Of a stretch of DNA of 64,000 bases, positions 49,462-63,113 are shown in pieces. The first letter of the stretch is position 1; every line of letters begins with the position of its first letter. The notes beneath the pieces are model-generated. The model did not search any database. It was not told where the DNA came from and saw only the letters and a program-made list of their open reading frames with translations. This stretch comes from Mobula hypostoma. Taxonomy: Eukaryota. A program made the translations under genes and the position numbers. The stretch is from positions 25,482,001 to 25,546,000 of the forward strand of contig NC_086106.1 of assembly GCF_963921235.1 (NCBI RefSeq), read 5' to 3'.

Positions 49462-51310
49462 CTCTAACAAACCCAAAGTTTGTGAGAGGCGCCGGATCCT
49501 TACGGGTTGAGTTAAGAAACTATAAGGGTTAAGGAACCCTGCTGGCAGCTATATACAAACTTCCGGACAGTATGTAGAATGTGGAGCACAGATTACAAGA
49601 GGAAATGGAAAAGGCGTCTCAAAGGGTAATGTTATGATAGTCATGGGAGATGTCAACATGCAGGTAGATTGGTAAAGTCAGGTTAGGTATGGAGCTCGAG
49701 AGTGAAACGACATTTTAGAGCCAATGTCCATCACCCTGCACGGCGATCAGTTGTACAGGATTGGGTGTTGTGTAATAAACTGGAGATAATTAGTGACCTT
49801 AGGATAATAGAACAATTTCAAGGCAGTGATCCAAATATGACTGAGTTCAACTTGAAATTTGCCAGTGAGAAAGTAAAGTCTGACGAAGCAGTATTGCAGC
49901 ACATCAAAGGAAATTTCAGTGGTATGTGAGGCGAGTTGGCCAACGAATTCAGAATGCAGGACTTGGAAGGACAGGCTGCAAGGGTGGACAACAGAGCAGT
50001 AATTGCGTGAATTTCTGGGGGAAATGAGAAAGGTGCCCGAGAGCTATGTCCAAAAAATGAGGAAATACGCAAATGGAAAATTAGTACAACCGTGGCTGAC
50101 AAGGGGAGTCAAAGCTAAAATAAAAGCAAAAGAGCGGGTATACAACTAAGCAAAAATTAGTAACAAGACAGAGGATCAGGAAGCTTTCAAAACTCGAGAG
50201 TAAAACTAAAAGAATCATTAGGAGGAAAAATATTATACATGAGCGTAAGCTAGCAAATGATATCAAAGTAGATAAAAAAAAGTATTTTCAAGAATCTAAA
50301 AAAAAATAAAAGTGAATGGAGAGTACATATAGAAAGCAAGACAATGTGGCCGAAGAAGTAATGCTGGGGGACAAGTTGATGGCCGATGAACGATATGAGT
50401 ATTTCACATCAGGCTTCACTGTGGAAGACCCCAGCAGCGGATCAGACACTGAAGGGTGCAAGGGAAGACATCTGAGTGCAATTACAGTTACAAGGATGAA
50501 GGTCCTCAAAACGCCGAAGGACAGAAAAGCATATAAGTCATCCAAACCAGATGAACAGTACACTTGCGCCCTGAAAGTGTTAGCGGTAGAGATTGCGGAG
50601 GCATTAGGAATGATTTTTCAAAATCATTGTCAATGATATAGATGATGGAATATATGGCTGTGTTGTGAAGTTTGTAGATGATACAAAGATTGGTGGAAGG
50701 ATACGTCGTTCTGAGGAAACATGCAGGCAACAGAAGGCCGAAAGATGAGGAGAATAGGCAAGAGATTGGCAGACGAAGTACAATGCACCAAAAAGCATGT
50801 CATGCATATTGGTATAATAATTAAATATGCAGACTATTTTGTAAGCGGGGAAAAATCCAAAAATCTACGATGCAAAGATATTTGGAAGATCCAAGTGCAG
50901 AACACTCTGACGGTTAACTTGCAGGTACGGTCGGTGGTGATGAAGTAAATGCGATGTTAGCATTCATTTTAAGATGTCCAGAATACATTGGCAGACACGT
51001 AATGCAGAGGATTTATAAGACAGGTGAGGCCACACCTTGAGCATTTCTGATCAGTTTTAGGTTCCTATTCTAACAAAGATATACTGGCGTTGGAAAGGGT
51101 TCAGAGGACATTCACATGGATGACACAGTCATTCCCGCAAGCAAAGCAGCTGTCCAACTAACTGAAAAATGTCGTCAGTAAATTCTCCCCTTTCCCTGGA
51201 GTTTCGCGTTCTTAAGTCAATCCCGTGTCAGTGATGGATATTTGATTGCGCCCCGGTTGTTTTCCCGCAAAGGGCTCCCTCTAGCGAGCGCTCACTGTAT
51301 CACGGAGGTC

Positions 51311-51349
51311 GGATTTTGTCTGGAGACGTCATCACCTTGCAACACTGTG
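51311..51349 (-). other. Canonical 23-RSS
   Basis: CACAGTG + 23 nt + ACAAAATCC. Confidence 0.95.
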
Positions 51350-51775
51350 GGCATCATGGCACAAAGATAAACGGCGGAGTCCGACCCAAGAGCACCAGAG
51401 ATGTTCAAATGGGCTGCCTTGCTGCCAGGCTGCCAACCAGCGATAAACCTCGCTGGACATTCTGGATGCCGTTCCATCGTGCCAGTGCTAAATACCCTCA
51501 GCAAATATCTTGGAGATTCCACGCGATACTGAATGTACCAAACAATAGATTGAGGATCGCCAGTGTAATTACAGTTCAGTGTTACAATTTGTTCTTCCGC
51601 AATCGTTAATTCAAGAGGCCATTGCGTCACCTGCAATTTGTTCCTGCAATTAAAGGACAGAATGCATGAACAGATCGGGCTTTCTTCGGACATATCGAAC
51701 ACATATAGGGCGTTACCGCGGAGACTCACCGGGTAGCATAGTCAATATAATCATCAGATAACACAGAGAAGTCAT
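51350..51775 (-). pseudogene. Family A V inactivated only by a lesion at the exon start
   Basis: Leader MTSLCYLMIILTMLP-G (51730-51775). Exon starts GA ACA AAT TGC AGG TGA (stop). The rest, VTQWPLE..CNY..WYIQ..HPECP..DSAVYLCAMMP, is open. Confidence 0.85.
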
Positions 51776-53149
51776 GGTGTCTGGCTTCAAACTCGATCGA
51801 AAGAGAGCTTACTCTCAACAAGTTGATATCCTTGACCGATATAGAAGAGTAAAATTAGATCTGCAGCATATTCCAGCTGGCGTAAATATTGGGGTGTTGC
51901 CCTGCCAATGCATTGATTGGCTGTGAGCACCAATCTGCGCCGTTCCGAGCACCAATTATAGATCGGTTTGTTTCAGGTCCTCTACTTCCTTTTATAAATC
52001 CGACGCCCGGAGCTGTAAATAGCGTCGCGCTAACCACTGTGCGAGAGTGATTATACTTCATTCTCTCTCCCCCCTCGATGTTTATCGCTCTACTCTCTGT
52101 TCTATCAATCACCATCTCTAGCTCACTCATATCTTCATTTTTCTTGCCTCTCCTGGAGTTATCCCCAGAGAGCTTGAGTGGCGCCGAATCGTAAAGACGG
52201 TGTAGAATACGGGCTAACTGATGAAGAAGAAATTATCTAGATACAGCAGCCATTAAAAATCAGCAACAAACGCGAGGGTGATTCGGTGTCGGCATTCACA
52301 TCAACAATAGAATATTATCAAATTGTGACCCAGGTAAAGGTAATTACGTCACATCAGAAGCATCAGAGGCTCCGGGGAGACATGTGCACTTCCTCACGAA
52401 CCGGATTGGTATGTTGCCTATGATGTGCCTTCGACTCGACTAGAGTTTGGCTCCAGGTCAGCTTCAATTAGAGCTTCATTCTTTCCCCTCTTACTTTACA
52501 TAGTGTAGTAGATGGCAGTTGTGTTTTCTTCATGGCAGATGTTGTAGACCTAGGAGATCCAGAGACTCCCAGGGAGCTATATCTGCATTGAATGCATCTG
52601 GCTGAAGCACCTTGAAAACCATGGTAGGAATCTGGAGTGACCAGCTCAATGACCTTCGGCTTGAACGGCAGAGCGAGAAGATAATCGATCGGAGTCATAT
52701 GAAAGTAGCCACCACAAAGCTGCAGGAGGCAAGTGGCTATTGGACTATCAGGAGAAATGGAAATGTGAATAGACAGTTAGCGCAGAGAACACCTGTGGTC
52801 ATTCCTGTCAATAGTAAGAAAACTTTTCTGGAGACCGATGTGGGGAATGAACTCCCAGGGGAATACTAGGGAGACAGGGCTACTGCCACGGAGCATAGGT
52901 CCGTACTGCAGATGGGAGAGAGGAAGAAGAAGGGAGTGGTAGCAATAGCGGACTCAACAATCATGGGAACAGACAGGAGATTCTGTGGACGTGAACACGA
53001 CACCCTGATGGTATTCAGCTTCCCAGATTTCAGTTTCGAGTCTCGTCCACGACATTTTAGAGAGGGAGGAACAGCATCCAAATGTCCTGGTACACATTGG
53101 CTCCAATGACACACGAAAGAAAAGCACGGAGATCCTGAAAAGGGTATTT

Positions 53150-54300
53150 GCAGAGCAACGAAGACAGCACTAGCAGATGTTGACGGGTGCGAGGGAAGTA
53201 CAGTTAATATTATAAGGCTCAAAGAGCCGAACGAGCTAAGTCATCCGTACCAGATGAACTGCAACCTCTGGTTTTGATAGAAGTAATAGCACTAGCTGTT
53301 GGGTAGGAGGTAACGAATAGTACTAAAATAATCCGGTTGGCTGCCGGTGACAAGTAGTTCTCTGCAGGTGTCCGGCTGGGAGTAATGCTTTTTATGCTTT
53401 ACATCAATGATTTATATGATAGAACCCTACGCATTGTTGCAAGGTTGCAGATGATACGAAGACTGATGGAGGGTCGGGGTGTATTGATAAAATAGGTAAG
53501 CTACAGAAAGCCTGAGACAAAAGACCAGCATGGGAAAGAGAGTGGTAAATGAAATATAATGTTGGAAAATGCTTGGTCATGCACTCTGTTGCAAGAAATA
53601 ATTATGCAGACTATTTTCTGAACGTGGACAAAAGCCAAAACTAAGATGTGCAAAGATGCAACGAGGCTTGGTAGTCCCTGTGCAGATCACCCTAGAGATT
53701 AATTTTCTCCCAGAGTCGGCGGTGAGGAAGACAAATACAATTTTAGAACTCATTTCAGAAGGTCAAGAATACAACAGTAGGGATGTGATGATGACTCTTA
53801 AAGGCACTGTTGAGGCCCCACTTTGAGTATCGTGAACAGTTTTGGGCTCCCCATTGAAGAAAAAATCCTTTCGCATGGATGATTCCAGTAATGCAAGTGT
53901 TATCATACGAGGAAAGATTAGTATTATTTAGAGTCTGTGTCCGCTGGAATTTAAAAGGATGAAGGGGATCTCACGGAATCCTTTCGAATGTTGAAAGGCA
54001 CAGACAGAGCAGATGTGTAAAGGATATTTCATATAGTGAGGGAGTCTACGACAAGAGGGCAAAGCCTCAAGAGAGACTGGCGTCAATTCAATACAGAGAT
54101 GCGGAGAAATTGCATGTGCTGAATTTGTTGCATTTGTTAGCACGGGCAACTGGGGAGGTCAGGTGGTTTGGTATGCTTAAGGCAGAGCGTGATATGTTTT
54201 TGATTGGCCTCGGTATCAAACGTTCCGAAGGGAAGGCCGACAGTGGGGCTGAGAGAGGTTCAATCGATCAGCCATGACTTAATGGCGGAGCAGATTCGAT
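53150..54300 (+). mobile_element. CR1 ORF2 3' fragment
   Basis: PDELQP, YINDL and VADDTK motifs, followed by a CR1-type 3' region. Confidence 0.75.
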
Positions 54301-55956
54301 GAACCAGAAGCCCTAATTCTTCTTCTCAGTTTTATGGTCTTACGGTCTTACCCTCTCTTCCGAAATGGGCAAGTTTTACCGGACATTCAGTTTTTCACTT
54401 TCGACCCTCTTCGAGTATCTTCTTCATGCTGTATCCGTACCCGAATATGTCTCCTTCCCTTCCAGGTCTCCCTTAATCACTCTAATCACCTGTTTCTCTC
54501 TCTTGTCTGCTCATTCTCTGTACCCTGCTGTTTCCGTTTCTCTTTCTTTTGTCCTCCAATTTTCTCTCTATNNNNNNNNNNNNNNNNNNNNNNNNNNNNN
54601 NNNNNNNNNNNNNNNNNNNNNNNNNNNNNNNNNNNNNNNNNNNNNNNNNNNNNNNNNNNNNNNNNNNNNNNNNNNNNNNNNNNNNNNNNNNNNNNNNNNN
54701 NNNTATCTATCTCTTCCCTCGTTTCCTCGTTTGCACGGATTCACTGCGGATCTTCTAATTGGCAAACATTTATCCACGCATCAGTATATTCCTCCTTATA
54801 CGAAACTGCTACTAGGGGTTCTGGGTGTATTGTAGCTCTTGTCCCCCCGCCCCTTCACCCACTTGTAGCCCCTGAGCAGCGAGGTTGTGTTCTCTCCTGA
54901 GGACGGGGCGTTGTTCGATATTGAGCAGGATGCGGTGGGCAGCGGACGCCCTCCATTCCAACCTCCCGTTGTACGCAGGATCTGTTCTGTCCAGATCGGC
55001 AATCGCACTGCGTTAGGGAATGCTGATCATGCAAATATACATAGCGGAACCCGGCACAAAACCATGAAGATACTTGAATCCAAGCAGTGGCCATTTCATG
55101 TCCAAACGTCCTAAAATCTTCACCCATGTCGTTTGCTACTGAGTTTCACTCTCATAAATCAACCACGCGATTCTCGCAAATATTTGGGTGCGCCACTTCG
55201 ACTTTTCTAGCACTACCCGCCCTCTAGCGACGGTTCACTGCATCACACCTCGCACAGACAGTATGTACTTTCAACATAAATTCACTTTGAACAATGACCA
55301 TTTCTCACAGCCCTGGAATGCAACGAACAAAATACTATTGCATTTTCTATCACGCTAAACAGCCGTAGGATCTGTCTCATTTTCGAAATACTCAGTATAA
55401 ATTACAAGTAGCCACTGCAACATCCTTAATTTCAGCAGCGTGGCACCTGCTGTTCTTTGTCTAACTAAAAACAACGATTTGCCCACGCTCTGTTTTCCCT
55501 CATTGAACCACTGTCCTATTTAAATATATTGCAGTTCCACTCCGTCCTTATTACTTCTCCGTGCAGAACCTCGAACAATGTGGCCAAAGACGACGTCATA
55601 CTATGTTGCCAATCGCGATATGCCGTTGCAGCAAAGGGGGTGGGTGAATGCACATTGCTGTATCCCGGAAATACATTATAAAGATCCAGTCTGGGTGCGC
55701 GTTGGAGTCATGAACTGTTTCATGACCTTCGGCGATTTCTGTTGGTCAAAAGATTGATTGGTAGATCAAAAATAAGCACCGATCAGAATAGCCTTTGAGT
55801 AGTGTCAAAGTTTCCACTAGCTTTCAGTGTCACTATCTGCCTGTGTGTCTCATCTCTCATATTCCGTCTCCTTTCTCACCATACCGCTCTCAAACACACT
55901 AACTGTCTTCCTTAGAATATATTAACTATTGCTTGAATTAAGCCAATATTGATTCC

Positions 55957-56658
55957 AAGTTTTGCCTAGAGAAGAGAACATGTGACCTTCGCTGGTTAGT
56001 TTACCTGTTGTGAGGGGATCCAGGAGTATCCCAATTAACTGTTTGGAGAGAGACATTTATCATTGTTGGTTTGTTTGGGAAGGAGAGAGAGACAGAGTTA
56101 TTTACCACCGATATGTTGCTTTTGAAAGGAGAGAGAGAGACGAAGATTAACGGTTGGACTGTCACTTCAAGGCACTGGAAGTAACTTTGGATCTCTACTG
56201 AGTTTGGAGTTGGAGACAGCACCGAGCAGCTCGAAGGTTGCTATAATGACCAAAGACAGATTGTAGATGTTACTTTCAAGGACGTGTTGCCTGCTTGCAC
56301 TCCTTTACAGACAAAGGAGGGAAGGACTCTTTGAATGACAGGTGATGATCAGCCTGGTGAAATAAATGAAAGGTCAGATGATACAGACCTCAGACACATG
56401 ATCTTGATACTGAATGAGCATCGTTGTGCCCGCAGGAAAAGTGGGTTTGGAGGATCGATAAGGCGGATCGATCCAAATTGCTATTCCATCGGTGAAGAAG
56501 GGGTTGACTGGTGGGGAGTTGTCTATGTATCCACCCTCGCCTGAGTGATACCTCCACCACAGAAGACCGGTCCCCTTGGTTAAAGTCTCAGTCGGCGACT
56601 TGTAAAGGATTTCGGAGGACGACGAGAAGATCGACGGCATCAGCTCACCTGAAGACTC

Positions 56659-56723
<65 letters not shown>

Positions 56724-57016
56724 CCCCTCTCTCCATCACTACTCAACTAAATACCACGAACTGAACTGAACTGAGCTTTACTCAACATCGTAAGACTGTA
56801 TTTTTTTACACCTGGACTTAACGAAGCTTGATTTTCATACATCTATATTCCACACTTACTTTTAAGTTAAATGATTGCTAACCTGTTTGATTTGGCTACA
56901 TTTGCATTACTGTATTACATAGTTACTAATAAATATTATCAGTCCATAGCAATACGAGACTCCAAAGTGGTTTCTATTTCTCCTGGTTCTTTATCCCCGT
57001 CACGGGGTCCGTGACA
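55957..57016. mobile_element. Truncated LTR (Gypsy-type)
   Basis: Ends GGGGTCCGTGACA and contains internal CT and GAACT repeats. Absent from the paralog near 27680. Confidence 0.6.
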
Positions 57017-57662
57017 CTGTGCATGTGTGCATATCTGTGTTTGTGTGTGGGGCTGGGTGGCAGCGGTGTATTTTTTAATGTGTGTCCCTGTGTGAACGCA
57101 TGGCTCGCCGTCTGTGTTTATATACAGTATACAATATACTGTGTTTATATACAGTACCCATTATCTCGTGTCTTCCAACTCGATTTCCCGCAATGTTGTC
57201 AATTAGTATAACAATTCAGACAACTAAGAATCGTAGATAATGAGTCCCAGAAATGCAAACAAAATGCTCAAGGAATTCATCAGGCCAGGCAGCATCTATG
57301 TAAATGAGTACAGTCACCATTTGGAGTCGAGATCGTTCAGCAGGACCGAAAGGATCAGGCCCGAAACATCGACTGTATTTTTTCCATAGACGCTCTCTGG
57401 CCTGCGAATTCCTTCAGCATTTTGTGTGTGTGTTGCCTTGTTCGTGAGTCCAGGGAATGCTCTGTTAAGTTCATCCTTATACATAAAGATACGCGTTGAA
57501 TTCACTAAGTATAAACTGTGTTACTGTTTAACCTTAACTCGCTGTTTTTAGGTGTGAGTCACTACGGTTAATCCGCATCCACTGATATAGGCCTATTACA
57601 AACCTAGGGGTAGGAAGAAAAGATACACCTGGAACCTGGTATCCCTCAAGCTCTAAACAACA

Positions 57663-59340
57663 GAGAATCTGCATGTGCTGAAAATCGGAGAAACACACAA
57701 ATGCTGGCGGAACTCAACAGGCCAGACAGAATCTATGAAAAAATTACAGTCGACGTTTCAGGCCGAAACCCTTCGGTAGGACTGGAAAAAAAAAACGTCC
57801 TCCTGTTTGTCGGCAGCGTACAGTAGTCTATGTCTCAAGCTTCTGCTTACATCAAACAAAAGGGGTAGCCACGAGGACGCGAATGGGTCCCAGTTATGCC
57901 TGCCTGTTTGTAGGCTCTGTGGAACACCAGTACACTGCTGACCGCCCCGTACTTTTCCTACGCTACATCGCCGACTGCTTTGGTGCTGCTTCCTGCACCC
58001 ATGCTGATTGCATCCACTTTGGCTCCGACTTCCGCCCTGCCCTCAAATTTATCAGTTGAAGTTCCGACACCTTCCTTCTCTTTCTGGATTTCGCTGTCTC
58101 TGCCTCTAGGGACAGCTTATCCACTTATCTCTATTACAAATCCACGAACTCACAAAGCTATCTGGACTATACCTCGTCCCAACCTGCTACTTGTAAAAAC
58201 GTCATCTCCGTCTCTCAGTTCCTCATCTGCTGGCAGGATGAGGCTTTTCATTCGAGAACGAAGGAGATGTCATTTTTTTTCCAAAGAAAGGGGCTTCTCT
58301 TCCTCCACCATCAACGTTGCCCTAAACCATATCTCCTCCATTTCACGAATGTTTGCTCTTACTCCATCCTTCGGCCTCCCCATCAGGGATAGGGTTCCCC
58401 TTGTTCTCACCTACTAATCCACTAGCCTCCCCGTTCAGCGCATAAGTCTCCGAAAATTCCGCCACCTCCAACGGGATCCCACAGTAAGTGCATTTCTCCC
58501 TCTCCCAACCTCTGAACCTCACCCGACCCCCATTTACTGCTTTCTGGAGGGATCGCTCCCTACGCGAATACCTGGTCCGTTCAGCCTTCCTCACTGATCT
58601 CCCTCCTGGCATTTATCCTCGCAAACGGAACAAATGGTGCACCTGCCCCTATATTTCGTCCACGCAACCATTCATGGTCCTAAGCAGTCCTTCCAGGTGT
58701 CGGCTATTGGGATCATATACTGTGTTCAGAGCTCCCATTGTGGCCTGCTTTATATCTGTGCGGCCCGACGTACATTGGGAGACAGCCTCGTCGTGCATCT
58801 GTGCTCCATCCTCGTGAAAAAAGCAGGACTTTCTAGTGGTCATTCATTTTAATTCCACTTCTCATTCCTTTTTCAATAATGTACATCCATGGCCTCCTCT
58901 ACTGTCGTGATGAGGCCACACTTACGTTGGAAGTAGAACACCTTATATTCCGTTTGGGTAGCCTCCATCCTGATGGCTTGAACATCGATTTTTCAAACTT
59001 TCGGTAATGCCTCCCACAACTTGCCCCCTCCTTCACTATTTACCATTCCCTTTTCCCTCGTTAACATTACCGCCTTCCCGCCCATCGCCTCTATCTTGGT
59101 GTTCCTCTCTAACTTTTCTTTCTTCCACAGACATTTGTCTCATTCACTAATCAACTTTCCGGCACTCTCTTTCATGACCTCCTCCAAGTTTGAGCTATCA
59201 CCTATTTTTCTCTCCTCCCTCTCCCCACCTACAGATCTAGTTCTCAGCTATTTATCTCCGTCCTGTCAACGTGTTTCAGCCCAAAATCCCAACTCTAATT
59301 TTCCATAGATCCTGAGTCTCCTGCTCAGTTCCGGAAAGGG
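57663..59340 (+). mobile_element. Old Penelope-like element
   Basis: Decayed RT (..MGPSYACLFVGSVE-like) and GIY-YIG regions homologous to 5087-7125, with an inverted terminal copy at the left end. Confidence 0.8.
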
Positions 59341-59543
59341 GACCCTGATCAGGATCAGCTGGGTTCCTATAATATCGGGTTTACTACCAATTCTAGCCTG
59401 TAATTACCTCCGCCGAAATCTTTCTTACTCGCCTCATTATTTAGTTTCTCATTCGCCGCCCTTCCGTTACTTCCTTTGACTTCCTTTTTCTTTCATACTG
59501 CGCCGTCCACTTTGCAACAGCTTTTTATTATCGCCATGCAATT

Positions 59544-59582
<39 letters not shown>

Positions 59583-61322
59583 TTCTCTTTTGCATTTCTC
59601 AGTTTATCATTTCTGGTCCTTTACTGTCCCACCTATTTCTTTTTCCTTGTACATCACTCGGTTCCTCTACTGCATCACTCGCACATTCTTAAGGAATAGA
59701 CGGTTGCTCAAGTAGAAAGGTGGAATTAGCGGGATAACTCCCCTGTATGAATTACTGATACTAACGAATTTCAATATTTCGTTGCATATCGTGTAGCTCA
59801 CTGTAGCAGAGACGAGAGTGTAATACAAATCACGATATATGCAATTACGTGGGCATATCTTTTAGGTGATGCACTACTAATTGACGGTGTTTTGCAGGAG
59901 CAAGTTTGAGACCCACACTTGCTGATAGAAATAATTTCAAAAAAGATTAGACGGTACGGTGTGATTTTATTCAGTCTCTAGTGTATGAAAATTTAAATCA
60001 GAAAATCAAACAGTTCGTAAAAAGTGCAAATCACAACGTATTACGGAAACAATGACTGGACGTAGTGGAAGTAGTCAGTCTGTCTGGAAACAACGATGAA
60101 GATTAAATTTTCAGACCTTTCATGGGGACTGTGAACTAATTTAGGCAGTGTGATCAATAGTATTGTTTCATGCATGAACACATGATTAAAATGATAGTGG
60201 TAAAATATCAAGTTAGAAGTTTGAAAACGGATGCTTTCATTCTGTTCTCCTTACTTCCACAGTAAACTGAACATTCTGTCTGTTCTCTTTTCAGTCGTGC
60301 AGGTAATATATTGTGTACAGGGATAGTTTCTGCTCTGCGTTGATAAGGGTAATGAGCTGCAGATGAGATAGTCTGGTAACACCCAATGCGCTCGTTGTGG
60401 CCTTACTCTTTGCTGTCATGCATTATTTTTCTTTTTTTTTCTTCTTTGCTGTTACTTTCTTCTGCGTTCCAAAACTGTTTAATGTATACTATTTCGTCAC
60501 ACAGTGCAATGAATTGATCTGTATGATCGGAAACAATTCAACATTTCACAATATGTTGGCACATTTCACTATTGTATAAATGCAATTCGAACTTCGATAT
60601 TTAAAACGAAGTTGGAAGGAAGACATTGCCATTGACATGTCTATTCTGGAGACATTAAACAATCTCGTTTTATGCTATCTTGTCACTCAATTCCTTCCTC
60701 ACAGATTGTGAGCGCATCTATCACAATGGTATCCGCTATATGTATGATACTATAGATCCATAGGTTGTGTAACTTATGTAAGTAATCAATAAAATGCTAA
60801 GTATTTGTAACAACATCCTATCTTTCAGTGGCATACCATTTGTTATGCGTAGTGAATCCGAGGAACACCGATTTTCCCCACTCTGATTTTCTTTATTGAA
60901 TCAATGTCAATAGATTCCACGTGAGCTTTCGGCTTGATCTGTCGCATTTGATGTTGCACCGCATTCAATGTTCTCTATTTCCAAGTTCGACGATAAACTC
61001 ACTGTTTCTCTATCAAGGATCCCTGACAAACTGGCAAAAAAACAACGTTGAATACAGTTGACAATCGTGATATGGCATCCCATGCAAAAGTGGGTATTTA
61101 GATACCTAAATTTGGATTTTTTTTTTACAAGAAATCCAATGTAATGCTTTCATTTGGTTGAATTCAAAAATAGTACTCAAGCTTGACTAATTCTGCGACC
61201 GAGTGGCGCCCATTTAAGTCGACCACGTAACCTTACTAATATCTGAGTCCGCACCTTGCAGTTAAATGGCAAAACAGACCCTCCACTGACATTTGTTGCA
61301 TCACCAGGAACTGTTTTATTTT

Positions 61323-61354
61323 TGCTTTTTTCCGGACCAGAGGTTTCCCTGCAA
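61323..61354 (-). other. Orphan RSS spacer + nonamer belonging to the V at 63114
   Basis: TTGCAGGGAAACCTCTGGTCCGG (23 nt, family B spacer) + AAAAAAGCA. The flank at 61210-61235 matches 43535-43560. Confidence 0.8.
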
Positions 61355-63113
61355 GAAACACACATCAAAGTTGCTGGTGAACGCAGCAGGCCAAGCAGCA
61401 TCTCTAGGAAGAGGTACAGTCGACGTTTCAGGCCGAGACCCTTCGTCAGGACTAACTCAAGGAAGAGTTAGTAAGATATTTGAAAGTGGGAGGGAGAGGG
61501 GCAGATATAAAATGATAGGAGAAGACTGGAGGGAATCCGACGGGATCCCACCACTAAGCACTTCTTGCCCTCCCCCCATCTCTCTGCTTTCTGCAGGGAT
61601 CGCTCCCTACGCAAATCATTTGTCCATTCATCCCCCCCCCCCTCCCACCCCCGCCATCCCTCCCCACTGATCTCGTTCCTGGCACTTATCCTTGTAAGCG
61701 GAACAAGTGCTACACATGCCCTTACACTTTCTCCCTTACCACCATTCAGGGCCCCAAACAGACCTTCCAGGTCAGGCGACACTTCAACTGTGAGTCGGCT
61801 GGGGTGATATACTGCGTCCGGTGCTCCCGATGTGGCTCTTTATATATTGGCGAGACACGACGCAGACTGGGAGACCGCTTTGCTGACACCTACGCTCTGC
61901 CCGCCAGAGAAAGCAGGATCTCCCAGTGGCCACACATTTTAATTCCACATCCCATTCCCATTCTGACATGTCTATCCACGGCCTCCTCTACTGTGAAGGT
62001 GAAGCCACACTCAAGTTGGAGGAACAACACCTTATATTCCGTCTGGGTAGCTTCCAACCTGATGGCATGAACATCGACTTCTCTAACATCCGCTAATTCC
62101 CCACCGCCCCCTCGTACCCCATCTTTATTTATTTTTATACACACATTCTTTCTCTCACTTTCCTTTTACTCCCTCTGTCCCTCTGAATATACCACTTGCC
62201 CATCCTCTGGGTTCTCCCCGCCCTGTCTTTCTTCCCGGACCTCCTGTCCAATGATCCTCTCGTATCCCTTTTGCCAATCACCTGTCCAGCTGTTGGCTCC
62301 ATCCCTCCCCCTCCTGTCTTCTGCTATCATTTTGGATCTCCCCCTCCCCATCCAACTTTCAAATATCTTACACACTCTTCCTTCAGTTAGTCCTGACGAA
62401 GGGTCTCAGCCTGAAACGTCGACTGTACCTCTTCCTAGAGTTGCTGCATGGCCTGCTGCGTTCACCAGCAACTTTGATGTGTGTTGCTTGAATTTCCAGC
62501 ATCTGCAGAATTCCTGTTGTTTGCGTTTTTAACTTCACCTTTGAGTCGGCTTGGGTGATATTTTGCGTCCGGTGCTCCCATTGTGGCCTTCTATATATTG
62601 GCGAGACCCGACGCAGAATGGGAGACCGCTTTGCTGAACACCTACGTTCTGTCCGCCAGAGAAAGCAGGATCTCCCAGTGGCCACACATTTTAATTCCAC
62701 ATCCCATTCCCATTCTGACATATCTATCTAGGGCCTCCTCTACTGTAAAGATGAAGCCACACTCAGGTTGGAGGAACAACACTCTATATTCCGTCTGGGT
62801 AGCATCCAACCTGATGGCATGAGCATCGACTTCTCTAACTTCCGCTAATGCCCCACCTCCCCCTCGTACCCCATCCGTTATTTATTTTTATACACACATT
62901 CCTTCTCTCACTCTCCTTTTTCTCCCTCTGTCCCTCTGACTATACCCCTTGCCTATCCTCTGGTTCCCCCCCCCCCCTTGTCTTTCTCCCCGGACCTGCT
63001 GTCCCATGATCCTGTCAAATCCCCTCTGCCAGTCACCTGTCCAGCTCATGGCTCCATTCCTCCCCTTCCTGTCTTCTCCTATCATTTTAGATCTCCACCT
63101 CCCCCTCCAACTT
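61355..63113 (+). mobile_element. Composite Penelope insertion (inverted tail + two tandem GIY-YIG/terminal repeats)
   Basis: IYCVRCSRCGSLYIGETRRRLGDRF present twice (about 61800 and 62560). Inverted tail at 61355-61530. Confidence 0.9.

Larger units (their letters stand above)
49462..55746 (+). repeat. Paralogous copy of the family A unit (17038-21130 and 21180-25576)
   Basis: Same order: intron relic, CR1, V-A, promoter, family E leader, CR1 ORF1, CT tract, relic with CTCF-like site. Confidence 0.85.

Noticed and set aside
51292-51729. 145-aa ORF as a functional V protein
   Set aside because: Its N-terminus is intron read-through from a GTG, out of frame with the leader and without a signal peptide.
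60500-60506. CACAGTG as an RSS
   Set aside because: It lies in a LINE-like tail, with no nonamer at 12 or 23 nt and no coding segment.
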